Notes under the pieces: generated by a model
The model's input: only the letters and a program-made list of their open reading frames with translations
Told to the model about the DNA's origin: nothing
Database searches by the model: none
From: Sphaerodactylus townsendi
Lineage: Eukaryota
Length of the DNA: 64,000 nucleotides
Reading direction: 5' to 3'
Assembly (NCBI RefSeq): GCF_021028975.2
Contig: NC_059433.1
Coordinates: forward strand, 32,798,001-32,862,000
Part shown: in pieces, positions 12,429 to 23,928 of the stretch
How the letters are laid out: every line of letters starts with the position of its first letter
How positions within the stretch are numbered: the first letter of the stretch is position 1
Program-made: the position numbers and the translations under genes

Positions 12429-13170
12429 ACTGGCTTTGTACTGTTCAGCAGCACACATGCTGGCTGTAAAACTTATCTAACACTACTTCAACAACTTCAT
12501 CTCATCTGTGTCAAGTAATTTGTTGAAGCCTCAGCTTGGCTTAAAAAAAAACTTGTAATAAAAATTCATAGAATTTTCAAGAGAATGAAAGCTGATGACA
12601 ATAGAAAGGTCACATTGTGTCTCCACTAAAGGGGTCAAGGGTCATTTGCAGTTCTAAAACAGAAAGTAGATTTCATGCATCGTGTAGCAGATAAAGATGG
12701 CATTAAAAAGGCTTGCCTGCAAAAGTAATGCATAACATGTCAGGAAAGTCTGGGTTAATGCAATATTGCATGTAAACCTTTGTTTTTTTTCCTCTTTTTC
12801 TTAACAAGCATTCAATTCAGACTTTTAAGCTTTATATAGTCAGGCTATGCATAAAGCCCTTATCAAACTGAAATCAGGAAACAAGGACATAAAGTATTAG
12901 GCAAGATATAGATTAATTTTTTTAAAAATCGTTACCTTAAAAAAACTCTCTTCTTTAAAAAAATTGATGTTTTTCTAAGGTTTTATCTGATGGTCAGTGT
13001 GAAGCCATAATCAAAATAACAGTTTTTCTAAATTTTAATTTTCCAAAAAAATCGCTTAAAAGCTATGAAAATTATATGACTTTATACAATGCCCATGTCT
13101 TGGCGGAAGAGTTTTGAGCATGTACAATAGACAACAATTTCTGTAGCCCATCCTCCCCATCACTTCCTAC

Positions 13171-13341
13171 CAGTGGCGTAGTGCCAAGGGGACGTGGGGG
13201 GATCTTGCACTGGGCACGCACCAGTGTGGGGGCGTGGGGAGTTTCGGGGGCGTCCCAGGGCAGGACAGGGATGGGTGTGGTGTTGCAGGGCCACAGGGCA
13301 CACACATGCCCCGGGTGCAGTTCCCCCTCGCTACGGCTCTG
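13171..13341 (+). mobile_element. Non-autonomous hAT MITE
   Basis: TIRs cagtggcgtag / ctacggctctg. Perfect 8-bp TSD cttcctac (13163-13170, 13342-13349). Confidence 0.9.
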
Positions 13342-13834
13342 CTTCCTACACCATTCCTGAGGGGGGAGCAGGAAGTAGAAAAGACATGCTCACTGAGCAG
13401 AGTAGAACTAGTGGTTTGTTAGATCCATGTAATTATGAATTGATCAAGTGTAATAACATTGTTTATTTCTCACTGTGTCCAGGGTTTTCTAAAACATTGT
13501 GTCGAAAATTCAGCACAAGGACGAAATATTTTCCATTTCTCAGTTTCCTGCAAAATAGCTGACTTTTGTGCATCTGCATTTGTGGACACTTTGAGAGCGA
13601 ACAAAGATGAGGTCTGAAACCAGTTGATGACATCTGGACTATCTATCATTACTGGTGAAATGAAATGAAAATGTAGTCTAGTGATTGGATGGTGAGTAAA
13701 AGGAATATCCCAGAGAGTATACAATCTGTAAATTTAACAGGTGGTTATTTTTAACTAAGCTCATCTCAGTGCAGAATTATATGACTACTATCTGGACATG
13801 GAATACAGATCCTCTGAAACTGAGCAAAGTCTTT

Positions 13835-13936
13835 TTCCAGGATGCCATTTCCTCCTGGATAACCGATCTCTATGTATTGGAGACCAGTTGTAATTCTTGA
13901 AGATCTCCAGACACCATTTGGAGGTTGGAAAAGCTA
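13835..13936 (+). mobile_element. Fragment of a common squamate non-autonomous repeat
   Basis: gccatttcctcctggataaccgatctct...gttgtaattcttgaagatctccagacaccatttggaggttgg. A related copy lies at about 55850-55990. Confidence 0.5.
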
Positions 13937-15552
13937 CTTCGAGGCGCCATAAACATTATTTAAATAAACCACACTGGAAATAGTTTATGAAAAAGGATTC
14001 TTAGGTCCACCCTGAGACAAACGGGAGAAGTCAAACAAACTTCCTTTTCCCTTTGGTCAAACCTTATGCAGCCATTTGCTTGATTAACCATTGGAAGTTT
14101 AGTCATGAGAAGGCGGCTGTGAGTGGTAAGCAGACAGTTCCATGTGCTTTTGCAAAAATTTAAACCGATCCACTATAATATCCCCACTCCATTCTGGCTG
14201 ATTAGGTAAATCAAAAAGAATAATGTTATTGCTGTAGTGCTCTTCCTGTCTTGTACTTCTTCCTGCAACTAGGAGAAGGATGGAGGGAAGTACATGGACA
14301 GTTCTTAGTATTTATGCTCAAGGTTGACAATAATTGCAGAACAAGGTAACTTTGCAAGATGGCCCTTTCTGCACAAACCTTTTGAGGCAGGAAATACAAT
14401 GTTTTCTCCATGGAGTTCCACATTGTTCTTTTCCTCCTTACATTCTAAAAACATTTTATTTCCAGCCTCATGACGTTTTAAATAAACCCCCTTTTAAATG
14501 GCTCCTTTAGTCTGAGACGTTTTCAAGACCTCTTCCCTGGATGTGCGATCACATTTACTACATTTGATCTTTCCTGCTGCTGTTTTCCATACCTCTGTGC
14601 CATCCCCAATCTTTCCCCTTGGCATAATTTCACTGTGTCCGAGCTCACTCAGTTCACCCTCATCTATTTATTTTCATGTGTGCTTTTTTAAATGGGGGGG
14701 GGGATCTTTAAAGCATCGATTATACATAACTATAGAGAATCACAGTTAGGAAGCACTGAAGCACTGATTCTACAAATAACAAAAAAAAGGGGGAACTCCT
14801 CATGGCAGCCATGAATCTAATAAACATCATGGTAAAGGAGGAGGGGAGATCTAACTAAGAATTTTTTTGGGGGGGGGGGCTTTCATATATTCAACTATGT
14901 TCTCTTGCCAAGGCACAAAAACCTATTACTGTCATAACTTGATAATCATATCTTTATTTTTCAATAGAAGTACACATTACAGTATATTGTCACATCTTTC
15001 CAAAGCAAATTATAGGAAATAACCATTTGTCTTCATTGCATACGCTTTCTTATGTATGGTAGAAAAAAGCCACTATTCAACAACTGCATAGAGGCACCAT
15101 TAAAATCAGATTTACAGTAAACTGAACCTGCAGCTGGGGTAAAACACTAACGGTTAGTATTTTAATTATCAGCAATGCTTTTGGAGGTCTAACATCTGCT
15201 CACAGCCAAACAGAAGCAGCTGCTTGTGTACACTTAAAACAATGAGAATTTTGCCTATAAATATTAAAACATATCATGTGTTGTGTATTCAGTGTCACCA
15301 TACTCCTATTAAGCTAGTCATACTCTACAGGACATTTTAAACTCTTTCTTTCTTGTGGCTAAATTCATAAAGGGCTGACCCCTTCAAAAGAATGAGAGCC
15401 AAAGACAGCAAAAATTCTTGAGCCTGTAAATTGAAAATGGTTACAGATAGTAGTAGAGGTCACCCACGATCAAGATGCTGCCAGTAGTTACTACTAACAA
15501 ATTATGATCTGCAAAGATTTGTGGTTGTATGTTAACCTACTCTCTACATTGA

Positions 15553-16110
15553 TAATTAATGTTTTGATATCCAATACTTATCAATCCTTGAATATATTTG
15601 ATGTGTATCAGAAAAGAAAGTATAGTCACTGTTATTCAAATTTTTGAACCTCCACAGATCTTCTACATGTAACAGTTCCATGTAACTGAACACATTTTTT
15701 GGAAAGCCTGCCTCCTGTAGTTTTTTCAGATCTATCTTTGGGTCCATTACCCCATTATTATCTCTCCTTCCTGATTAATATATATTGGGGGGAAAATCAC
15801 AAAACTTTTCTCTTGCATTGTTTGGGTCATATATCATTGCCAATGCATAAGTCCTTCCTTCTAGGAGTCTGATTTTCAAAATAATATATCCTCTTTCAGA
15901 ATCTCTTAATTTTTCTGTAACATTTATTTATGAGTTGTTTATATAGATTGTTACTCATTTTTACTGTTTGCAGATGCCACATACACTTTTCCCAACTTGT
16001 TATTTAAAATGCATTCTTTTTTTAAAAAAAAATATCGGTTTTTGTATAGATAATATATCTGCATTTGTTTAGTAAATTGAATGTCTGTTCACTTGGAAGG
16101 ATTCAAGAGT
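15553..16110 (-). mobile_element. L1/Tx1-clade LINE ORF2 endonuclease fragment (decayed)
   Basis: ORF 15556-15747 reads DLWRFKNLNNSDYTFFSDTHQIYSRIDKYWIS, containing the APE endonuclease motifs YTFFS and SRID. Confidence 0.85.
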
Positions 16111-16184
16111 TATACTTCATGAAGAGCTATAAAATGGAACACACAAAACAATTTTGCAGAATTTAAGAATGTACTTATTTATAT

Positions 16185-16400
16185 TCATTTATCTAGATAT
16201 GTATATCCTACTTTTCTCTCCTGGGACCCAAACCAGCTTGCATTATATCTGTTTCCTTTTCTGCTTTATCTAAATAACATCCCTATGAAGTAGCCTACGC
16301 TGAGAAGGTTACTGGTCTAAAGCTGTCCAGAAAGATCCCATGACAGAATAGGAATATGTTGGTACTTTCAGTCTAATTTGCTGGTTTTTAACACTGCACT
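16185..16400 (-). mobile_element. Old Squam3/CORE-type SINE
   Basis: Degenerate reverse complement of the SINE seen at 48612-48800 (aacatccctatgaagtagcctacgctgaga...). Confidence 0.55.
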
Positions 16401-17224
16401 GGCCAAAATGAATTGTTAACACATGCAAAAGGAAAGGTCATTATACAAAAAAACCATCTCAGTTTTCCAAAAAGCATCTCCCATCAAGTTCTGCACAAAT
16501 TTTACTCACATTTCTCCAAAACATTTCATGGGGAGCAAATTCTAAATCTAGTGTGTCACAACCATCATGCCAGCCCACCTATTGTCAGACACTTCCGAGC
16601 AGGTTCAAACTGATGATCTAAGCACAAGTTCTCTGAGCTGTCTAACACAAATGGTGTAAAAGTTTGAAGTCCAAAAACAGCATTTTAAATTGTTCCCAGA
16701 AACTAATCGGGAGTCAATGAACATTTTTCAACAGAAATGTTGTGTGTGTGTCTGCCCTGACTGTAGGTAACAGATAGGACACCATTTCCTGAGTCAACTG
16801 AAGTTTCTAAGTATTCAGACATCCTCACTGGATTTACTTCAGTCCAAGACTAGTTGTTTTTCAAATTTGCCATTAAAAAGATGGGGGTAATCTTACATTC
16901 AAATGTATACAAATTATAGTTACGTCCAGTAAAAACCTGTTTTTTGATGTATACATTTTTCAGGTTTGCCATCCTTTTGAATAAATACAGCATTTCAGTG
17001 CCCATTATCACATTTCTGCAAGAACAGCAGCAGCTGAAACAGTCACGAACGCTGAAAAAGCTACTTCTGGCCGCTTCCTGTGCTTGCAAGATGCAACAGT
17101 TGGCTCAGGAGAATACTGAAACTGCACACTGCAACCATCAATTCCTAGATTAATCAGAATATCTGCCATTAACATATCCATCTTGCCTGGATTGGGCTTC
17201 CATTTATTCACCGCATCCAGTCAT

Positions 17225-17620
17225 TCATAGCCTGTTTACTATTAGTGTCAGCCAGTGGGGCTATATTTCTTCTATGTTGAGGTCTCTTGACTGGACAGCT
17301 TTCTGGCTCCAGTTTAAGGTGCTGGAACTTATCTTTAAACTTCTTCAATACCCGAGCTTTATATAATTAAAGGACTCCCTTTAATTCTTGTGTGCAATCT
17401 TAATTCCACACAGCAGGGTCTGTGTTCTGTTGCCCTTTATCAAGGGTATGTTCTGCCATGTGTGTGAAACAACCTCTGGGAGAAATCAGGAAGACTTGTA
17501 TCTTCCTGGCTTTTAAGTAAGACTGCAGCTTCAAGTTAGGGATTTTATGGTAATATTTTCCATGTTGTGAGCCAAACTGGACAAAGGAACGATGCTGGAC
17601 AAAATAAATTATTATATTAA
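17225..17620 (+). mobile_element. Decayed L2 LINE 3' portion
   Basis: tttctggctccagtttaaggtgctggaacttatctttaaa encodes a QFKVL.LIFK-like L2 ORF2 C-terminal motif. Ends in tgtgagcc...aaaataaa. Confidence 0.55.
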
Positions 17621-17770
17621 CAAATATTAAAATAATTCAGAGGCTGACACTATATGAATATTTTCAGGCCCGAAACTGTGCAAACAATCAATATCACTTG
17701 GGACAGGAATATTTTATGAGAATTAGAATAATGTAAAATGTAAAATGAAAGTAGCATTCTAGAATACTCT

Positions 17771-18270
17771 GGCCGTTTCCGCACGGCCAGGATGCGCCCC
17801 CACGCCGCCAAGAGTTCTGGCGTGGAAGCCCTGCTCGCATGAACGGGCGTGAGCGGAGGTCGACAGATGGCAGGCGGCTCCATCGAGCTTTAGTCCCGCC
17901 CACTCACGGTGTCCTGCTGTCGCCAGCAGCGCCGCAGCCCGCCATCGCTGCCCTCCGATCCCCTGGAGGTCGGAGAGGACAGTGTAATGGCGGGGCCGCA
18001 CGCCAGCAGGCGACGCAGCGCAGGGACACCGAGAGTGGGCTGGATGGGAGACAGGCGGTTCGCACAGCGCCGCCGGGAAGACGCTTCCTCCCCAACAACA
18101 ACCCTTTAAAGGGTTGTTGTTTAGGGCGGCCTGACGCCGCCCTGGGGGGAGGGAAGCGCAGTCAGGTCGCCGCTGCTGCGTTGCAGCAGCGGCACCTGTG
18201 CGAACGGCGGCCTGGGGGCGGTGTTTTTACCGCCCCCAGGCCCTCGTTAATGGGCCGTGCGGAAACAGCC
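17771..18270. mobile_element. PIF/Harbinger non-autonomous element (CpG-rich, young)
   Basis: 18-bp TIRs ggccgtttccgcacggcc / ggccgtgcggaaacagcc with one mismatch. 3-bp TSD tct. Confidence 0.85.
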
Positions 18271-18285
18271 TCTGTGATGTAGCAA

Positions 18286-18890
18286 GAGATAGAATCATAG
18301 AGTTGGAAGAGACCACAAGGGCTATTGAGTCCAACCCCCTGCTATGCAGTAATACACAATCAAAGACATATGTTCATTCAGCCTCTTTATAAAAACCTCT
18401 AAAGAAGGAGATTCCACCATTCTCTGAGGCAGTATATTCCACTGTCAAGCAGTCTTTACCATCAGGAAGTTCACCCTAATGTTTAGATGAAATCTCTTTT
18501 CCTGCACCTTGAACCCATGACTCCTTGTCCTAATTTTTGGAGCAGAAGAAAACAAGCTTGCTCCATCTTCAACATGACATCCCTTCAAATAATTAAACAT
18601 GGCTATCATGTCACCCCTTAACTTTCTCTTCTCTTGACTAAACATATCTAGCTCCCTAAGCTGCTCCTCATGGGGCAGGAGGGACAGATTTAAGCCCTGG
18701 CAATGGCCCCAGGGAGGGGGAACCACACACCCTCTATTCCATATCCAAGTCACTGATATAAATATTGAATAGCAGTAGGCCCAGGACAGAATCCTGTGGC
18801 AGCCCACTAGTCACTTCTCTCCAAGATGAAGATGAGCCATTGGTGAGCACCCCTTGAGTTCGGTCAGTCAACCAATTACAAATTACTCTC
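18286..18890 (-). mobile_element. CR1 LINE 3' fragment with internal deletion
   Basis: Tail remnant agaatcataga (attctatg repeat). ORF2 C-terminus EEQLRELDMFSQEKRKLRGDMIAMFNYLKG...RTRSHGFK. RT segment [26 protein letters not shown] at about 18740-18830. Confidence 0.92.
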
Positions 18891-19157
18891 ACGATAGTGG
18901 GGCATACCTCTCAGATCTTATACTAACAGAAAAGGTTGGCTCAGATTGTGTTACTTGATCACAAAAATCTATGTGATGCACACTTTATTAGAACCTGTAC
19001 ATAAGATCCCTTGTTGCAGCACTTTTAGAGTAACAATAGTCAAAGATGAAATTTTTTATTAAGGAGCATGGTCATAAAACCACTATTGAAATGAAATAAT
19101 AAAATGCAAAATAATGTATACACTTATCCTCACAACTAGTCATATTATGTGATGGAG

Positions 19158-19360
19158 GGGGCATGGTTTACTGGTAATGTACCTGTTTTGCATGCAGAAG
19201 GTTCCAGCTTCAGTCCCTGACATCTTCAGTTAAAAAGGGTTCAGTTAAAAAGACAAAAGGTGTTGCAAAAGATATTTACTTGAGGCGCTGGAGATCCATC
19301 ACCAGTCAGTTAGAACAATGCTGGAACAATGATCTGACTCAGTATAAGGCAGCTTTTTGC
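19158..19360 (+). mobile_element. tRNA-derived SINE (same family as 9762-9925)
   Basis: ttttgcatgcagaaggttccagcttcagtccctgacatcttcagttaaaa...tctgactcagtataaggcagctt. Confidence 0.7.
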
Positions 19361-22300
19361 ATTTATGTGACATTATATTTGGATTTTGTTACAGGCTGTT
19401 TGAATCATGACTATGGTGTATATGCGTGAGTGGGGTGTGTGTGTGTGGATTTAACTCCCCATGGACTTCTCAACGAAACCCCTCCCTCAGCTGCTGTTTG
19501 CCTTGGCAGAGACAGTTTAGGGATGCTCATAAGTTGTCCCTGTTAGGGCAGATCACAAGAGGACCATTTTCCTTGGGGAAAATGGTGGGGAAAGGGTACA
19601 TGACTCCTTTTGCCTGCTTTGCAATCCTAATCCAAATCATAGCTCTCACACTTTCTGCAACAAAGTGAACATCTTCTCAAAGATAATACAGATTAACATA
19701 TCGGTCACTTGTCTTCAGGGAAAAGATATAAATTAATTTCCTCAATACTGCAGTGCTGAAAATGGCCAGTAGTAAAAATACACCCTGCCTGGAAGGGTTC
19801 CATGAAAGCTGCTGGGTGCAACTAATGGACACATGACTTTGCCTAATACTGAATCAGACTCTTGATGACTTGCACTTGCGAAATGACAACCTGAGGAGAA
19901 ACACACCACAATTCCAAGAAGACCGTTTTCATTGGGAAAATGGTGGGGAAACGGTACACGACCCCCTTTTGTCTGCTTCACAATCCTAATCCAAATCATG
20001 CCCTTCACATCACAGATGTCACATGATAATACCTCAAATTCTGTTAGTTATAAAGGGAGGCATTCCTTCCCTTGACTGTGAGTCAGGGCTAAGAAACAAA
20101 ACAATGTGTTTGCATCGATGGATTTGCCCTTAGTTTTAGGGGAGATCCATAAAAATTCTGACGATGCCAGGAAACAAAGCACATTACACTGTAGAATGTA
20201 CCCAATTAACTTTTGTCAACAGTGTGTTTCTGAACTACAGGCCTACCCACGAGTGTTTCTGAACTGCAGACATGCCTTGCTTTGCTACCTGACAAAGCAT
20301 TAGGAATAGCTGCCAATCAAATGCAAGAAATAGGGGAGCTGATTTTCAGGCATTAGCAGTGAAGAGCCCTGCCAAGTTGTCATGTCTTTTCACTGCCAGT
20401 CTGTGAAATGTGTTTAAACACATCCGTTAACATTGACATGCTTTTAAACACCATTTAACAGTTTGTTTAGATTGCATTCAATGCCTTTAAAAACAAAATT
20501 AGCTGTAGCTGGTCCCATAGAACAGGAGCTCTGGCTGACCATAACTAACAGACACGTTAGCTCTCAGACAAATAATAATTTTCTCCTAAAAAATGCATTG
20601 TTCTTTGAAGATCAGGAATCAAAGGGATGAAGTCCGATAGCATATAGCCCGTGTGTGGACCTATATGTTCGCTGCAGCTTATCCAATTAGTTCTGGCTGT
20701 AAAACCCACTGTGCACTGGTTCTGTTCAGATAAACAGTGCCAAATTGTTTTGCATTACATAAATATGTTGGAGAGGGGAGGCTCTTTTAACTTATATTGT
20801 CTTGCTGGACAGATGCGGGCAACATTTCCCATGGGTCGTGTCACTTTCGCTGAATGCCTGGATTAGTTTCCTGTAGGCCATAGCTCAGGTGCAAACAGGC
20901 AAAAAAATACTACAGACCACACTGAGAGCCACACAAGTGGCCCAAAGGCTATTTTTGCCAACCCCTGTTCTACTTACGAACAACATTTTGGCATACTATA
21001 CAGTCATAGTCTGAGATAACCATCAACCACAATGACGGGTCTTTTTTCAGTACACACTGTATCATGGCATGTGCTGTTAACATACTTTAGAACATCAACA
21101 AACTTTTTTTAACACATTCTTTTGGATTCTTCGCTGTTACAAGGAGACCTGTCTAAAGGACTGTGGTTCAACATCTGCTAACAGTAGGCATAAATATTGA
21201 CCATTGGGAAGACATTGCATCAGCATTTTTTGTTGTACAAAAGAAACACATTTATACTTATAAATTCTCTCTAAAGGTAGGAAATATCCCAGGATTGAAG
21301 ATATATTTTTTCAAAAAAACAAACTTTGTGAGGTGCTATACATTTTCCCCCTAAAGAACTGGTTGGTTGGATCCCGACTACATTTCCTACTAGTTGATAT
21401 GAACTTTCCTGCCTCTTCCCTCCCAATTCAATGGGGGGAGGGGGGGTTCGGAATCAGTGGAAGTAGCCAGTTTAATACAAACCCAACCTGAAAACAGAGT
21501 AAGTTGCTTCCCCCTCCAAAAAAATACTTCCAAAATTATGTTAAGTAGAATAAACATGAACTAGTTTTCAAAAACTAAAATGCATAGAAGTGCAGCCAAG
21601 AGCTCTTCACTTCAGTTAGTCTTCTCATTAGCTCAGGAAAAATACCAGAGTGCCACTTCAGCAAAATAGTAGTACTGATTTCATATAAAACCTGTTTCAA
21701 AATGAGCCTTCAGATGGGAAACTCAATGCTCAAGCTGGAAAGCACAGCATGAATGACCTGGACATTATCATTTAAATCAATGAATGCTTCAGAAGAGCCC
21801 ATATATGTCAAATTAACAAAATCAGAACTATGCATCCAGCATAGAATACAATATACCAAGCAATGCTGGTGGATTCTCCTCATTCATTTCAAAGATGCTT
21901 TCTGATCATGTCTTAAATTGAAATCTCCTCAACAGCATTGGATTGTATCTTGTATCATGAAAAAGTATATACTATTTTGAGTGGTTCACTTAGGGCACAA
22001 CTGACAATATGGAAATTGCACCTGCTTTTTAAACACCATTTATTTCCTTTCACTAGAAAATTGGAAGGAAAGAGGTATAAGGCTGGAAAGGTCTTCTTTC
22101 TCTGTCTCCAGATGCTTTTCTAAATAGATGTTGCTGCATGTTCATGTCTTTGCCATCCTAAAACTCCTGAGCCTGGAGAGCACACACAATGTGGTTACCC
22201 AAATATAAGCAAAAGAACTTCAAACTCAGCAAATGGATTCTTTATGAACTATACTGACAGGTTGGCACTTCCTCCAGGGAGATTTTAAGTTGTCGTTATT

Positions 22301-23671
22301 AACCCCTGAATTATAACATGATTGTTTTGTCCTTCATTTCCAGAAATATTCCTGCAACTGCTGACAGTTGAAGAATCCAAGTTACTACCTAGGTACTCTC
22401 CCCTTCATGAGCTTGTCGAATCAAAGCCTGCATGTCAATGCTCTAGACAATTCCTTACAAAAACAATCTTTTCATTTCAATTCCCTTTGAAAAAAAATTA
22501 TATTGCAAATCCGTAGATTAATGGGCTGGTCCAGGCATTTCAACTCAAATGCATTTACAGTAACCATACAGTCCTGTGTGATTTCAAATAGAATTATTCC
22601 TGATATATTTGAATGTAAATTTACAAAGCATTTAAACAAACCGTGTTTAAACTTGTTGATTCATCAGATGCAAATACTGCACATTAAGCAGGCAACACCC
22701 ATTCATGAAAATAATGAAATCTGACATCAACGTAATAAAATCATTACAGGTTTATGGATTTTGGAACTCAAAACAAACCATACTCTTGCTTCCTTGTGAC
22801 TGATTAAATGTTTCCATGCAATTTATTTTTGATCTGTAATTCATACAGCACAATTTAGGTGAGCTGTCTGGAAACTTGAAAGATTACTGAGAGTGTGGAG
22901 AGGTTTAAAGTTTCAAGGAAAGCAAGGAAGGAGTCTGAATTGGTGAGAAAGCAAGTATGAGGGGACAAGGGGCATAATAAGGCAAGCAGTGAGATAAATG
23001 GTAGCTTATGGACTCCACCAGCAAACGCTCACAAAACAGTCACATGGAAAGTATTGTGCAGAAACAAAAGGCAGTGATGACAAAATTGGGCATTTTTGGT
23101 TCAGAAGGTGGCCACAGATGGGTCTGTCATCCCACATGCTTCCTTTTTAGGAAACCTCCACTTCTGTCACTTTGAATCACACTGGTAGACAAAGGAAGCT
23201 ACAGGCTTAAGCGCAAGAGGGCAAGGGACTGCCAATTAAGACTGTAACTGCCCAAAACTGAGCGAGCAATTTTATTTTGTTCTAATTGATCAACTGGTCA
23301 CCTAGAGTTCCCATTAAAAAAGGTGCTTTTTAGGTTCCTTCAGCTCTTTGATTCCAATGACAAACATTCCTTTTTAGTTAGATGGCTTCACAGGAGCACG
23401 AAAGCAGTGAAATCCTCATGTTCTGTACACAGATGCCTATTTTTTGAAACCTTAATTGGAAAAAAAATGTTCCTAATGGAGTTCATAATCTGTTGTTTTC
23501 TAACAAATCAAAGCTATAATATAACAACATCAAAAACAGGTTCTACTGGCTCAGATCCAGGTTAATCCAACATGATATCCTCCTTCTTACAAAGGTTAGG
23601 ATTTTGTAGGATTTTTTAAAAATAGCAATTGATTATTACTTTGCATTTTTAGCTTATTTTTTTTCTTTTAC

Positions 23672-23928
23672 TGTCAAATCACATCAAATTTATGGTGACC
23701 CCAGTAATGTTTTCCAGAGTCAGATGTCCAGAGGTGGTTAGTCATTGCCTGCCCCCACATCGTGCCCCTGATGTTCCTTGAAGGTCTCCCATCCAAATAC
23801 TTGCCAGGGTCAGGTAGGAGTTTGTGTGACTGGCCCAAGGTCACCCAGCAAGCTTCCATGCCAAAGCGGGAATTCAAACCTGGGTCTTCCTGATCTTAGC
23901 TTCACACCTTAACCCCTATACCATACTA
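23672..23928 (-). mobile_element. Chimeric SINE: tRNA/Squam3-like head, 5S rRNA-derived segment, RTE-like tail
   Basis: Minus strand: head tggtataggggttaaggtg...ggtttgaattccc...gggtgaccttgggccagtcac, then 5S-like gaccctggcaagtatttggatgggagacc, then ggcaatgactaaccacctctg...gggtcaccataa. Confidence 0.65.

Noticed and set aside
17771-18270. CpG island or promoter
   Set aside because: Bounded exactly by Harbinger TIRs and a TSD; a young transposon.
23765-23813. 5S rRNA gene
   Set aside because: Only about 50 diverged nt embedded in a SINE.
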